Shown here piece by piece: positions 1-14,990 of a stretch of DNA of 64,000 nt; position 1 is the stretch's first letter; every line of letters starts with the position of its first letter. The DNA comes from Octopus sinensis. Lineage: Eukaryota. The DNA lies in NCBI RefSeq assembly GCF_006345805.1, contig NC_042998.1, positions 124,682,001-124,746,000 on the forward strand, given 5' to 3'. Below the pieces are notes generated by a model, which ran no database searches, was not told where the DNA came from, and saw nothing but the letters and a program-made list of their open reading frames with translations. Position numbers and translations under genes: made by a program.

Positions 1-139
1 TAATCACTTTTGCCAGGTCAGTGGACTTAAGTAACGTGAAATAAAGTGTTTTCCCCAAGAACACAATGCATCGCCCGGTCCAGGAATCGAAACCACAATC
101 TGCCGATCCTGAGTCCGACACTCTAACCACGAAGCCACA
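1..139 (-). mobile_element. tRNA-derived SINE, 5' head fragment
   Basis: Reverse complement gives a tRNA-like head (gtggcttcgtggttagagtgtc...ggtttcgattcctgg, A/B-box-like) followed by ttgtgttcttggggaaaacac, resembling the CORE-like gtgtccttgggcaagacac motif; runs off the window edge. Confidence 0.6.
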
Positions 140-413
140 ACAGAGGGGTACAACAGTTTGAGAAGAATAGATGTAGCATCAATATACACGAGTGTGCGCG
201 TGTGCGCGCGCGCGTGTGTGTGCTCCTATACACAAGACGATCGCTCGTATTGTTGTCATAGACGTTAACTATTCTGTTCAGACCGCTCAGCAAAATGTCT
301 TGTATTCTTATAGTTGTTTCAGGCACTCCGAGAATTGTATTTATAGTGGCAATGCTGAACGAAAATGCACATGGTAAGATGGGTAAATGGTTTACGTCAT
401 GTAATATATGTGA

Positions 414-1100
<687 letters not shown>

Positions 1101-1119
1101 ATCTCCCTCGTTATTTATA

Positions 1120-1189
<70 letters not shown>

Positions 1190-1384
1190 TGCAAGGTCTG
1201 AAGCGATCGATATTCTTACTTGTGATTTTTAATGACAAAAGGTACGCTAATCTATTTTTGCCCATTTCCTCGCATTCACCAGTGTATATGGAGTGATTTA
1301 GGTGGTTTACAGTCGTTTTGACTTCTATTTCTAGCATGCTGGTACTTTTTCCAGTACCCTTCATTATAATTATATATTAAGCTA

Positions 1385-1470
1385 ATGGGGTCGATTCATT
1401 CGAATAAAATTCCTCTAGGCGGTGCCCCAGTATATCCGCAACCTAATGATTAATACAAGTAAAAAAGAAA
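1385..1470 (+). mobile_element. SINE 3' tail fragment
   Basis: tggggtcgattcattcga...ggcggtgccccag...acaagtaaaa matches the tail of the full-length SINE at 46826-47229. Confidence 0.7.
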
Positions 1471-1485
1471 TTTTATACATACGTA

Positions 1486-1642
1486 GGCACAGGAGTGGCT
1501 GTGTGGTAAGAAGCTTGCTTCCTCACCTCACGGTTCTGGGTTCAGTCCCACTGCGTGGCACCTTCGGCAAGTGTCTTCTACTATAGCCTCGGGTCGACCA
1601 AAGCCATGAGTGGATCTGGAGGGCGGAAACTGAAAGTCCATC

Positions 1643-1644
<2 letters not shown>
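1486..1644 (+). mobile_element. CORE-type tRNA-derived SINE, 5' half
   Basis: Near-identical to 46826-46990 (ggagtggctgtgtggtaag...ggttcagtcccactgcgtggcaccttcggcaagtgtcttctactatagcctcggg). Confidence 0.9.
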
Positions 1645-1901
<257 letters not shown>

Positions 1902-1913
1902 ATAATATACATA

Positions 1914-1953
<40 letters not shown>

Positions 1954-1960
1954 TGACCGG

Positions 1961-2214
1961 CGGTGAGCTGGCAGAAACGTTAGCACGTCGGGCGAAATGC
2001 GTAGCCGTATTCGTCTGCCGTTACGTTCTGAGTTCAATTCCGACGAGGTCGACTTGCCTTCATCCTTTCGGGGTCGATAAATTAAGTACCAGTTACGCAC
2101 TGGGGTCGATAAATTAAGTACCAGTTACGCACTGGGTTCGATATAATCGACTTAATCCGTTTGTCTGTCCTTGTTTGTTCCCTCTGTGTTTAGCCCCTTG
2201 TGGGTAGTAAAGAA
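1961..2214 (+). mobile_element. Second tRNA-derived SINE family (OK-like, Meta-domain-like gcctttcatcctttcggggtcgataaa) with 18 bp TSD
   Basis: Flanked by atatatatgattgaccgg at 1943-1960 and 2215-2232; internal 32 bp tandem duplication at 2070-2101/2102-2133. Family name is from recall and unverified. Confidence 0.85.
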
Positions 2215-2242
2215 ATATATATGATTGACCGGTAGCTCTAAA

Positions 2243-2398
2243 AGTTTCTTTTATTATCTCTCTGTATATTTCCTCGTGATTCTTTCAGTTGAGCATAGGC
2301 TCGAAACGTAAAAGACATTCTCTCCTACCAAGAGTTAAACTAATACTTCTGTTTGTTGTTTAGACACATGTCTTCGTCTACTTCTGTAAATTTCAACT
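2243..2398 (+). mobile_element. Short Penelope-like 3' end family (F1) copy with decayed HHR-like motif
   Basis: gagcataggctcgaaacgtaaaagac...gttaaactaatac...tgtcttcgtc...tgtaaatttcaactatatat; homologous to 7628-7791, 24201-24340 and 44075-44148. Confidence 0.7.
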
Positions 2399-2436
2399 AT
2401 ATATATATATATCATTATCATTATTATTACTGTTAC

Positions 2437-2494
<58 letters not shown>

Positions 2495-2654
2495 GGGATC
2501 TTTACCAATACATACGCAACTTGGTAAATATCCCAATAATAATAATCTTATAAAATATACTTTTTACATTTCGTTAGTATAGTGTAAAATGGTAAAGGTC
2601 CTGATAATCTGGAATACTTGTTATTCCCTAACATATTGTAAATATATACATACA

Positions 2655-2868
2655 TGTGTGTGTGTATTTGTGTTTGTGTGCTGGTCCCCAACCATCGCTT
2701 GACACAGATGCTGGTGTGTTTACATCCCCATAACTTAGCGTTTCGGCAAAAGAGACCGATAAAATAAGTACTAGACTTACAAATAATAAGGTCTGATGTC
2801 GATTTGCTCGACTAAAGGCGGTGCTCCAGCATGGCCGCAGTCAAATATCTAAAACAAATAAAATAATA
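2655..2868 (+). mobile_element. CORE-type SINE, 3' half (probable partner of 1486-1644)
   Basis: Matches 47020-47215 (catcgcttgaca...gatgctggtgtgtttac...cggcaaaagagaccgat...cgactaaaggcggtgctccagcatggccgcagtcaaat). Confidence 0.85.
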
Positions 2869-3289
2869 CATATATGTATGTATATATATGTGTGTGTATG
2901 TGTGTGTGTGTGTGTGTGGTGTGTGTATCAATCATTAAGCTGTGGATATGCTGAATCACCACCTTGAGGAATTTTATTCGAATAAAACGACTCCAGTAGC
3001 TTCTTTAAAAGCATTGTACTTATTGTATAGGGTGTTTTGCCGAACTGCTAAGTTACTAAGATGTAAGCAAACTAGCAGTGGTTGCCAAACGGCGAGGAGA
3101 GACAAACACAGACACAAAGATACACTCGAACGTATATGTGTGTCTTTGCATGTGTGTGTGTGTGTAAATGTGTGTTTAGCCCGTGACATTATGCAGTTAA
3201 AACGAACTTGGAGTAAATTGGTTGTGAACAATTGTAGTGCTATGTCCTTGCCCACTTTCCACAACTTGCCAATGCACTCAGCTCTAACG

Positions 3290-3290
3290 A

Positions 3291-3383
<93 letters not shown>

Positions 3384-3456
3384 GACGACGACGACGACGA
3401 CGACTACGACGACAACAACAACAACAATAACAACAACAACAATAATAATAATAATA

Positions 3457-3504
<48 letters not shown>
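3290..3504. repeat. Compound triplet repeat (TAA)n(CAA)n(CGA)n(CAA)n(TAA)n
   Basis: Direct reading. Confidence 0.95.
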
Positions 3505-3505
<1 letters not shown>

Positions 3506-4504
3506 TGTATACAATGTAATTTAATTACTGCTTCCTTTATCTTCCAGTTTTGACTTCTTATTCTACCCCGAGCGAAGCTGGAATGTGTCTCGTTCTTGAA
3601 AGCTGATTTGCTCTCGAGGTCTTCAAATATTAACCGTGACACAAAGTGCAGCGAATTGACTTATAACAGAACGAAGAGTCTGTTTGTCAGCTCACTTTGA
3701 AATATATAATAATTTATTCAATAAAAATCACCTGCAGATAGTTCCTGATAATTTTCAAGAAGAAATAACATTTATTTATTTACATTTTACAAATACATAA
3801 AAAAAAAATACTTTGTAAAAGTCTGTGATAATGTTGAACGCTAAATTCTTTCGTAAATAAGTTCGAACAACATGACTAATGAATAATGATATTCTTAAGA
3901 TTAATTTTCATCTTATCGAAATCGTTCTGAGAATAGAATTTACTTATTTTACATTTCGTCTCAAGTGATTTCTGTATTTAGATTCTGTAATTGTGTGTAT
4001 GTGTGTGTGTGTGTGTGCGCGCGTGCGCGCGTGCTGAGTGAGTCTGTCTGTGCGTGTGAATGGGTGTATATATTTGTCTGTATGCATATCTCTTTGTGTG
4101 TACTTGTGAGTGGTAGATATTTTCTGTACAAGTATATGCTTATGTAACTGTGCTTATGTTTATATTGGTTTGTTGCAGCACTTGTTATTGGGATCTTAAT
4201 CTATATAAAAAAATATGGTAATATGTTTTAGAAATTTTGTATTCCATACACAACCAACTGATAATATACTCAAATTATGTTTTGAACATCTGGAAAGCAA
4301 TTTTGCAATGAATTTTGTCTAGCGTTATACAATAGTGATAAATTCCAGGTGAGCCAATCTCGCAGCATGGTTAAGATTTCAATTTGTAGACAATTGATAA
4401 CATTTTCACCGTTTTTCCTCTCTAATAAGTCATGAACATCTCATTTATTCATACTATTATAATCATAGTTTACAACTGCAGATTGTCACAAATATGTAAA
4501 GGAG

Positions 4505-4600
4505 GCGAGTGTCGATTCCATTAACTCCAACTATATACCAGACACTTATTTATCAACCTCAAACGATGAAATTTAAGTACGATCTCGATTTGATTTCAAA
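4505..4600 (-). mobile_element. Degenerate OK-like SINE fragment
   Basis: gtcgattccattaactcc...acttatttatcaacctcaaacgatgaaa resembles the reverse complement of the 1961-2214 family. Confidence 0.45.
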
Positions 4601-7280
4601 TGAATAAGTTGGAGAATGAACTTAAATACGATGAAGTTAGTCATATTCTCACCGTTTCAATTACTCCGTCACCAGTTCTTTCAGCAATATTACATGGCCC
4701 TTTGTTCATATCAAAGAAAAGAAATGTCTATCATAACAATTGTAATTAACTTCCTTTACTGTGTTCCAATAATATACATATCGCTCTCTCCAGCATAATG
4801 CCAATTATGTCAGAATAATCGAATGACTGATAGTTATATATCCATCCCTCTACCATGAAATAAACTTGATAATCAATAAAGTAAGACACCAAATTTGACA
4901 CTATATAGCATTTAATCCCCTAATATATCTGTGTCAATAAAAGTGCGATAATTAATCCTGGTAATATAATTTGAAGAGAGTAATGTTAGCTAAACTTATA
5001 AAGAACCAAAGTAGGATTCAAATGTCGAGTGTTCATTTCCTTTCATCAGTACTAAATATATGTTTACCTCAGAATTGTATAATTCTCCTAGTTATAAATA
5101 ACAGAGCGGATGACAATGCCTGAACAATGTTACACTATATGGTTACCTAAAACAGTTAGTAGAAGATATGACACATTCTACTAAAACATCCTCGATCCCC
5201 GTGCTAATAGGGGTAATGTTGCATTTTGTAGTCAGTGGTCTGAGTTAAGCGATTGTTGATGTTGATATTATACTGTTATGCAATATTGGATACATATAAA
5301 TATACTAAATATGCATAAATAGTACAACATTACAATATATAAAAGTTCAATTATTGTGTCAAAGAATTGGAATTTATTTTACAAATTATAATAAACTTCT
5401 AAAACCACACGCGCGCACGCACACATACACACACTCACGCGCACACACACACACACACAGCGACGCATACAAGCCCCACGCCACCACACTTTACTAGATG
5501 ACCACATCCTACACACAAGATGTGTGTATTTAAATATAACAGCAAATTGTTCAGTTTACCCCTCCCCACATTTGAGAAAAAATATTTGCATAAATGTTTG
5601 ATAGTCAAAAAGCACGAACAAAATCTTCAGTATTCTTACATTTGTCTCCTCTTCATTGACGCTAATCCCACCATCATCACTCATTTTGAACTAATAGCAG
5701 ATGTATAATTTAGCGAGTGCCTATTTGTTAATGCAGTAATATCTACAATAATTTCTCATATCATTGTCCTCGTCTGTCTATTTTCAGTGATTTATTCTTC
5801 AGGTATTTTACAGATCACAGCCAATAAGGCCATGGTTGAACGTCTACATTTCTAACGTAGCTTTTTCACTGGCATCATTGTACTCAGTACTGCAAGTTGA
5901 CAAATAAGTGCATCAGTTTTAGAACCCTTCCAGCTGCTTACAGCAATAGAACCTGTCTCTAGCTGCTCTAGACTTTTAAAATATTTTCTCCAGTGGCACA
6001 ATGCAGTGCACTGACTTGATACGAACTGTTAGTTTCGTATATGGATACCAGGTATCCTATCTCCATCATCTACTCCTCTTTTCACCAATCATAGTATCTA
6101 TGCACAATGAGATAGACTAAGACAGCCATAATTTTCTGGTCATAATGCAATGTTGGCCGGAATTACTATTCAAAATGCGAACTATTCAACCAAAACTGAT
6201 TCAATCGATTGAACCAACTGCAGTATAATTATTAATATATATTTGTGTGTATGTCTGAGCGAAAGTATGTGTATTTGTGTGTGTATGTTTACCTATGAAG
6301 AAAAATGAATTTATAGCACAAGGAATAATAATAAGTTGATGAAGCAGAATATTTTATCATCCTCTCCTACACCTGATCAATTTTATACTCTACTTTTGGT
6401 ATGTTCTGGTGATTGGTATGTAAGGAAAGACACAAAACTCTTCTTCATTGAAGGACATATTGTTCAGGCTGGTTCTAACCGAGTAAGGCGGGTAGGAGAT
6501 ATTGATTATATTCTCGTGGGACATTGTCTACGTTCTTCCTCCGTCAATAATCTCAAAATTTCATTATACTTACACACTCAGCTGTTCTGAAAATGTGTTT
6601 CTCTATGATTGGGAATAATACTATTTGTAGATTTCTCTCTCATCTGGCCTTCGGTCTGTGTTATACTGGAAAATTGTGTAATTCCATTAGCTTTCACCTC
6701 TGTATCTGAACTATGACATCAATTATTAGTTTGCTCTCTAAGGAGTTATTGAGATCAATTTATCTCGTTTGAGATACAGTAAATTTCTTTCTCTGCAGGA
6801 TACTGTTAAGTGAAATATTTACACGTGAATGTATACTTATTTATCCTACAGTAAGGAGTTCTATATTTGCACATATGAAACAAAAGTCGTGATGTGCATT
6901 CAAAGGCGTTTATGAACTGATATCTGTTTGGAAGGAATTTTTCAGACGAGCTAATATAATATGCTATAAAGGTCTCCATATTTGTTAGAAGTTAGATCGC
7001 ATGATACAGAGTACATCTGAAATATGAGTTCAGATTCCACTACAATTTTCCTTCTCTATTTTTTCTTTTTTGTATTTGTCTTTCTCTTACACCTGACTCA
7101 AAGCCAAGGATATCCTAGTAACATACTATATGACCTACCGTACATTGTCATATTTATATTTTAGAATGCATTGTAAAATCAGTATTGTATCAAGAAATGA
7201 TAATTCTGAGAACAAACCAGTCCTTTTAAATTTAGAATCAAGTTATACTGTGGCTTCCCTTTCAATCTGTCATATACAAA

Positions 7281-7286
7281 CATACA

Positions 7287-7348
<62 letters not shown>

Positions 7349-7415
7349 TGTATGTATGTATGTATGTATGTATGTATGTATGTATGTATGTAGGGGTGTA
7401 TGTATGTATGTATGT
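7281..7415. repeat. (CATA)n followed by (TATG)n, an inverted microsatellite pair
   Basis: About 36 bp of (CATA)n then a longer (TATG)n tract, centred on catatatatg. Confidence 0.9.
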
Positions 7416-7547
7416 ATATCCAGTAGTAATCCAGGTGGAAGGCTGGCATGTAGATGAGGAGAGGTGCAGAAATTCCAGGTAGAACTCCCAAGAGTAGGGG
7501 GTTAAAGAAGGATAAAACTGGTGCGACCACGTGGGCGTGCAATACAT

Positions 7548-7791
7548 GGTTGAAATTTACAGAAAAACAAAAGACGAAGACAGGTGTACAAACAACAAAC
7601 AGGTGTATTAGTTTAACGCTCAAAAAGCTTTTTTTATTCTCTCTCTGCTTATTTCCTCATGTTCCTTTCTGTTGAAGAGCGTAGGCTCGAAACGTAAAAG
7701 ACTTTCTCACATTCCTGAGCGTTAAACTAATACAACTCTTTGTTGTTTATAAACCTGTTTTCGTCTTCTGTTTTTTCTGCAAATTTGAACT
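7548..7791. mobile_element. Inverted pair of F1 Penelope-like ends
   Basis: 7548-7622 is the reverse complement of 7716-7791. The plus copy carries cttt-CTGTTGA-A-GAGC-GTAG-GCTC-GAAA-CGTA-aaag at 7665-7700 and ends at (AT)n. Confidence 0.8.
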
Positions 7792-7831
7792 ACATATATA
7801 TATATATATTATATATATATATATATATATA

Positions 7832-7868
<37 letters not shown>

Positions 7869-9705
7869 ACGTATTATGTATGTATGCATGTATGTATGTA
7901 TGTATGCATGTATGTGTCTTCATTTTACACATATGCATCTACACATACATACGTTCGTATGTATGTATATGTAGTATGTATGTATGTATGTATTTATGTA
8001 TGTAAGTACATATAGGTGTATGTTTGTAATATATTTATGTATATGTTTTTACTTACAATCTGCGTGGTCAAATGGTTAGGATGTTCGACACTTGGTCTTA
8101 TTTCCTTGACAAAGTATTACTTTATGTCGACTAATACACTTCATTGAACATTGATATAATGCATACTAGTGCAGTCCTAGTGCAACTCTGCCACCCTCCC
8201 GCTGTCATATCTTGTATTTTTCACTGGCTCAAAGTTGGTGTGCCAGATAATATCTACCTCTGCTCTTGATTACATAGGTATCTGAATCAATTATCTCAAG
8301 CCTGTCTGTGCATGTTCGTGGACATATACATACATATAAACATCAATACTACTCTGCTAATATAAATTTTAAAATGAAGCCAATAGAACTAAATCACTTA
8401 AACGAAATATCACTTGGTATAATGCTCTCAATAGAATTCTTCTTTAAGGCATTAGTTTAAAACGTTACCCTCTCTATAAGATACAGTAAGATATTCAGCA
8501 GATGTACCGTGAATTCCACGTATTCCACAAGGCCCAATCTAGCAAATAATATAACAGATTTAACTGAAAGAAATTGAATACTATTAGGAATAGTTATCTT
8601 TACTAACCTAGGTCTGTTACAAATGATATATATTCATCCTATTGCAAACAAGTGGTGATGATAGTATGATAATATACTGATAAAATAAAAACTGTCGCTT
8701 ATGGCAACAAGCTAACATTATGTAGAAACCGTATTAAATGATCTTTAAATAACAATGGCCGTGAAATGATTTAATAGATAACCGCTGGGTTAAAACGCTT
8801 ACTGAAGTCCATTATTAAATAGGAGCGACAGCTTCAGGATTTAAGATCAGACGCATAAACATGTTCATTCTTTTAAATACAAAATAAAAGAACAGAACAA
8901 TTTGTAAGAGAAGTTCATCTGGATCCTCAAGCAATAAAATACAGTCTACAAAATTTCATAAGTCAATTATAGGAAATGCTCCCCCATGCAAAGTTGGTGG
9001 CAATAGCTGTGTTATGTGCTCGGTAGAGATTTTGGAAGTCTTCAATTCTGAATATAGAATAGTTTATAAGCATAACGAGTTTTAATCCGTAGTTTCTTTT
9101 TCTTTAATAAAACCTTCTTTAAATTTCCAATTAAAAATTCCACACGCCCAACGTCCGTTGATTCAACTTGTATTAATGCTAGTGTTCTTACCTAATTGGT
9201 TCTCATCAGTGTATTTGCGGAAGCGATGATGACAGAATTACAAATGAAACTCATACTACTAGCCTTCTGCTTCCCGGAGCTGACTGGACTTACTCTGCTA
9301 TCAGCCAAACATTTCCGATCCACTCTATTATCTCATTTCATCGCCCCTGTTGTGTGCAGCTATTCAAGTCTCCCAATAACTATTATGGTGAAATCTTATT
9401 TCCCACAAATCTGAATCGACGGAATTCTTTCTCTGTGCTCATATCTTTCCCATGAGTTTTGACTTACAAAGATTCAAGAATAAATATTAATATCGTCAGT
9501 CTTACCTGTCTAAGAAGGTTCTTGAAAGCATGGACATTGCACTTTCAACCACAACAACCAAGTAAATAGAAAACAAATCACGATTATAAGCTGGTTTTCG
9601 TTGGATTTGTTTGTAGAATAAATTAGTTATGTCTTTAATAATGTAAATGAGCTAAGTTTTTATTTGCTATTCTCATCTCACTCTTTACTCTCTATTTCTC
9701 ACTCC

Positions 9706-9708
<3 letters not shown>

Positions 9709-9766
<58 letters not shown>
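9709..9766. repeat. (CT)n microsatellite
   Basis: Direct reading. Confidence 0.95.
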
Positions 9767-9829
9767 AATCGTTCACTCACTCTGCTTCGGAATCGGAATC
9801 AACCGAGAAAAAGTGCTCACATCAAAGAC

Positions 9830-10400
9830 AAAGGCTGCCATATTTGGAACAGTACAGTGACGTTCAGTCGTGGGACTGATGTAGCTCCCGATACCAATGT
9901 TCGGTGCCAACTTCTCCAGTATCTTCCATACATATATCACTGCATATACCTTTTGCCTACGCTCCAGGGAATAGAGCCTTAATTATTTCAGTCTTTCTCA
10001 GTAGCTCAACCATTCCATTGATGCAGTCTTCCTGGTATAGCACCGCTGAACTGCTTCAAGTTCCGCTATTAGTTTGACATAGTGTGGTAACCACAGTAGT
10101 GATTAGTAATCCAGATGGCTGAGGACCAAATATCCTCTATAGAATCAGTATAATTTCCTGGTCCCATATTCTAAATGTTCTCAAAATCAATCCATTCGCT
10201 TGCACATTGCCACCATCTTGATTATATGCACGTTAAATGAGGCGTTGTTATTATATGAATCCCTAGATCATGCGCTTTACTCCACTCAGGGGTTGCTGTT
10301 CCTTTTGGTCTAATATATCATTTTTTCGGCATATTAGCAAAAGCTGGTTGATAGCGGAGTGTTTGGAATTTTCCTGCATTAAATTGCATGTTGTTTTCTC
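9830..10400 (-). mobile_element. CR1/L2-like LINE, degenerate RT C-terminal region
   Basis: Minus strand translates to RLK*LRLYSLERRQKVYAVIYVWKILEKLAPNIGI, resembling the LxLYSLERRR...WKIL motif of CR1/L2-group LINEs. The left part is well supported; the right boundary is a guess. Confidence 0.65.
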
Positions 10401-11779
10401 CGGCCCATTTATAATTGACATCTATCTCTTTCTGTAGAAAATAAATATCGAAAGGTTTTGACTGTTTGTACTTATCTTGTGCTAGCAAGTGTTAATGTTG
10501 TAACTGATGGTATGCCCGAAAGAGCTACCCTAAACAACAGCAGCCCCAAACAAGTTCCCTATGGTACTCGCTCTTACTGTCGCCTTGGAGCGGCAAAGAC
10601 GAGGAAATAGGAAAACGTGAGAGGGATAGAAAACTATATCCATATAATGTAAAGATAAAGACACAACTCAGACAAAAAATTCCAAATCTAATGTAATAAT
10701 AAAAGCAACTAGCAGTTTATATCAAAGAAGGCAGAAAAAAAGAGAATAATAAACTTTTGTTTCTCTTACTTTGAGACTGGCCAGATTAAAACAAAGTAAA
10801 TTTCTCTGCCCTTTGATGGTCTTATTTTCGTGATTTGTTATTGAAAAATGTAAATAAATTTCTGATTCCAGAAATTCTTGTACTTGGTATTTTAGCAATC
10901 TACAAAATTACATACAAACGCTTGCCATATATAAGTTGCCACATTACTGCAGCAGTTTGTCAGAGAAAAGTACAGTCAACGTGGATATCAAGTTCTATTT
11001 TCTCAACTAGATAGTGAACTGACATTGATGTTTTGAGGTCGGAAAATTCCTCACAACTGCGTTACGGTTGATTTAATTAAAATATTCTTTCATTTATAAA
11101 ATATTTGCAGTATTATATCCAAACCAGAAACGTTTAGTCTTCAGTTCAATTTGATCTAATTGGGATTTTTCAAATTTTTTCAGAGGCTTAACATGACGCA
11201 TTTTAGCAATCCGGCGCCATTTTCATTGAAAAAATATTCAAGTTATGATTAAAATAACTAAGTTGACTTGCTGTTTTCGAGTTGGAAATACTTCACTGAT
11301 GAGGTGAGAATACCATTAAAAGATATCCGAAAATGTCATCCGTAAAATATTTCTCTCCCCTTTCTGCATATTTCTAATCATCTTTGAAAATACTTCCTGC
11401 ATGAAAGATGCTATCTCTAATTTAATCTCACTGAAAGATTAGCTAAACCATTCATATTATTCATTTTCAAATATTTCTTGGTACAAAATCTTTGTTTGCT
11501 GCATCAATAAAGACATACTACAAAGAGAACTGTCTGTAAAATCACTTTATCCTTCAAGTTTTAGTGGTAGCGATATGATATACAAACTGACAATAGAATT
11601 GTGAATATATCTTTTGCAATTCGTAAGAACAAATACTCGCTTACTTTTATCTCCCTTCTACCTCTTCTCACCATTTTCATATTTTGTCTGTGCATGTTGA
11701 ATAATTTAGCTGCTAGCAAGGATAAAAAAAATACTTCTTTATTCGGTAAATCTGTTATATATTTTTACATTTTGCTTCT

Positions 11780-11826
<47 letters not shown>

Positions 11827-11908
11827 CATACATATACGTATATATATACATATGTATACGTATATACATATCTATATATCTATATATAGTCGTATCTATA
11901 TCCATATA

Positions 11909-11942
<34 letters not shown>

Positions 11943-14846
11943 CATATATATATATGCATACATAGAGAGAGAGAGAGATTGCAATGAGCTTAAACTTTTA
12001 TAGCATTATAAGGTTAAAATATATTCTATATTATCAGTCATAAAAGGATAAAACATCTGCTGCAGGAAAGAAAATGATATAAACAACTTGTAATTAGCTT
12101 CTTTATGTCGTCATCTCACTCTAAAGAATCAAAATTTAATTTCTCTTGGCATAAATTTTATATGTGTTTACCCTTGCTCTCTCTCTCTCATGGATAATTT
12201 ATTGATTTATATAACACCCATCAAGATGTGAATTTAAATTTGACTTCTATTTGAATTTTATCTTGGGCTCTTTTCAGTGAGATAAAATGTATACAAAAAT
12301 GTGTAATGATACTTTACAACTTCCGCGCCATGAGAAATGAATGGAGCAGTGAATACTCTCATGAATGAGCACGTCAAATGATTTGAATATTGTCACAGAA
12401 CGAAAGCTTTCGGTGTTGTAAATTTCTTCCAGCGGTAGAGGAGCATTTTCTGAATGATTATAATATATTTAATTAGTTGTAATCTCTTTTATGAAAACTA
12501 GCCCATAAATACAAAATAAATTTAATAAAATGAGAGATACTTTCCCTCAAGTAGAAACTGCAAGAACTATATAAAGATGGCACAAATATATGCATTGGTG
12601 GAAGTTACCCGGGTTTACGCATTGATGGAAGGCCTTTTGCATCTAAAGCAGCCGTCTCCGAATTAACAGATGTTTCTCCAGCATACCTTACTTGAGTGGA
12701 AGAGGAAAACTCTAATACTAATCTTCACTTGTAGAAGGTTTTCAAATTTAGCCACTCGTCAACCACAACTACATTGATCTTGTCTCAGCTGCATGTTATC
12801 TACCCACTTACTGCCTTGAATTATCCAAACCGAGCTGCGCAAAGAAGGGACTGAGAAGCCGTGGGAGCCCACTAAGGGTTTGAGGCCGCGTGTGTTTGAG
12901 TGAGTGTATGTGTTGTGTGTTGTGTGTGTGTGCGTGTATTTATGTATGTGTGTGTCGGTGTGTGCCATCCTAGGAAAGTACTTTGTGAATCAAGTCAATC
13001 TTCTCAGAGCGTTTGAGTTCAGCTACCAAGAAGATTTCTGTGTGCCAAGAAAATTGAAACTGCTTACTCCCAAGTTAGTTGTCCGGGAATTGACCGATTT
13101 GTGCATTTCTGTTCCAAAGTATGTAGAATTAATATAAAAATTTGCACAAGTAAGCATGTGCAGGAAAATTTAGAGTGAAAATTGTAATAATACAAATAAG
13201 TAAATTAAATTATGACTGCACGCATATATATGTGTAAGCGAAAAACATTTTGATTACATCTGAATCGAATATATATACTCTCAAGAGCTTGGTACTCAGT
13301 TTCTGATTTCTAAATATTTGACGGTGAATTCCGAAAGAAATAATATTTATTTTTTTCTGGTTAAGTAAAATGAGCTATAGGACAAAATTTTATATTGCTA
13401 AATTTGTCTAATAATGCATTGAAACTTACGATCCTCTTGTCTAAAATTTTAAACATGAAGTCATTGACTAATGCTTTAGATCGAGTTGTATATCTTTGTT
13501 AGATTGTTACTGTGTATATTTAGTTTGTCATAACATTATTACCGAAACATTAAAATTCAGTATACAAAGTCATTAAATGAAGTCTGTATATAAGAAGAGT
13601 TTTGGTGAATTAGTCAGTAGGCGAGAGAATTTAGTAGAAATTCTTGTTGCACTTAGTCTTGCTTTGATCTAAATAAAAAAAAAATTAGATATCCCTAACC
13701 CAATTATCTATGTCTAAAAAAGATTATTTAGTTTGGATAAATGCTCAAGCATGAAAAATATTATTATTGTATATCTGAAAAATCATTGTCGCATTGAGAA
13801 TCTGTACGAAATACTTGAAAATCGGATAAAGATTTGTAAAGCTTTAATGGATAGTCATTGTTAGAATGAAAATAGCTGTTTCCATTTATTACAGTATATA
13901 ATGCATAATAGTAACCATTAACAACTTTTCCTCCATTTTCCTACCGCTTACGTAAATGTTGTTGTAGATAAAAATGAAATTGTTTTCCATAGCAAGTTTG
14001 TTGAATGGTTTCTATCTGATGATATTCGTTTCTTTTTTTTTTTTTTGTTTAGTGGAAATCCGGTTGCACTTCTTTCTTAACTGCTTTTATTTATTAGAAA
14101 ATTACCTAGTTATATCATGACTTTCATTTTCCTGAATAAGATTCCTTTAAAAAAAAAAGGTTTGACAAAACTATGCGACTTAGCAATTTAGAGTTCAGTG
14201 AGATTAGGTTTCTATGGCGATAATATAAAAAGGGGGGGGGTGCAGATAGTCGATTCGATAGCGTTTTTCTCTATCAGACAATTGTTATTATCCAGATGGC
14301 AATATACAATAATATGAGGGTATCGCAAATTATTTCCAAACCCTATTTTCACATAATTTTACTGTTAAGAAAATGAACAGCTAATGAAAGTGAACAAACA
14401 AAAACGTAGCTGATGAGGTTGTAGACGTAGTTCCCATAATATGCTTTGTTAGTCAGAATTTTCATACACCATGTTGGGAGATTCAATTTGAAACAAATAA
14501 AATTGGTCGAGCAGCACAATACTTTATATGGCAAACATTTCAATGCAGATAATCACAGTACCAACTGAGGAATGGTTTAAAGTAAATTACGTGATAAAAA
14601 CAGAGGAAAAAATCATCATAAAATTTAGGTTACTCTATGAAATCTTTCCTGATTATGAATATGTTTTTTAAAATCTGTGACAACAGAAATGGTAGATTAT
14701 AGATTTTTATAAAAATGAAAACATGCCAAATTTTATGAAAATTTGTTTTGCTCTACTGGAAATATACACATACCCTTAATGAATAGATCTATCATACATT
14801 GATATATCGACAAAACTTAAATATACATACATATATACATACATAC

Positions 14847-14990
<144 letters not shown>

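Noticed and set aside
6799-6850. Acceptor followed by ILLSEIFTRE, kinase-like words
   Set aside because: Too short, no convincing donor or neighbouring kinase exons.
11290-11345. CTGATGA...CGAAAATGTC hammerhead-like spacing
   Set aside because: Stem I does not pair and stem III lacks C15.2; too degenerate.
12974-13118. Possible exon (cctag|G...AAA|gtatgt)
   Set aside because: Weak polypyrimidine tract, no recognisable protein, no partner exons.
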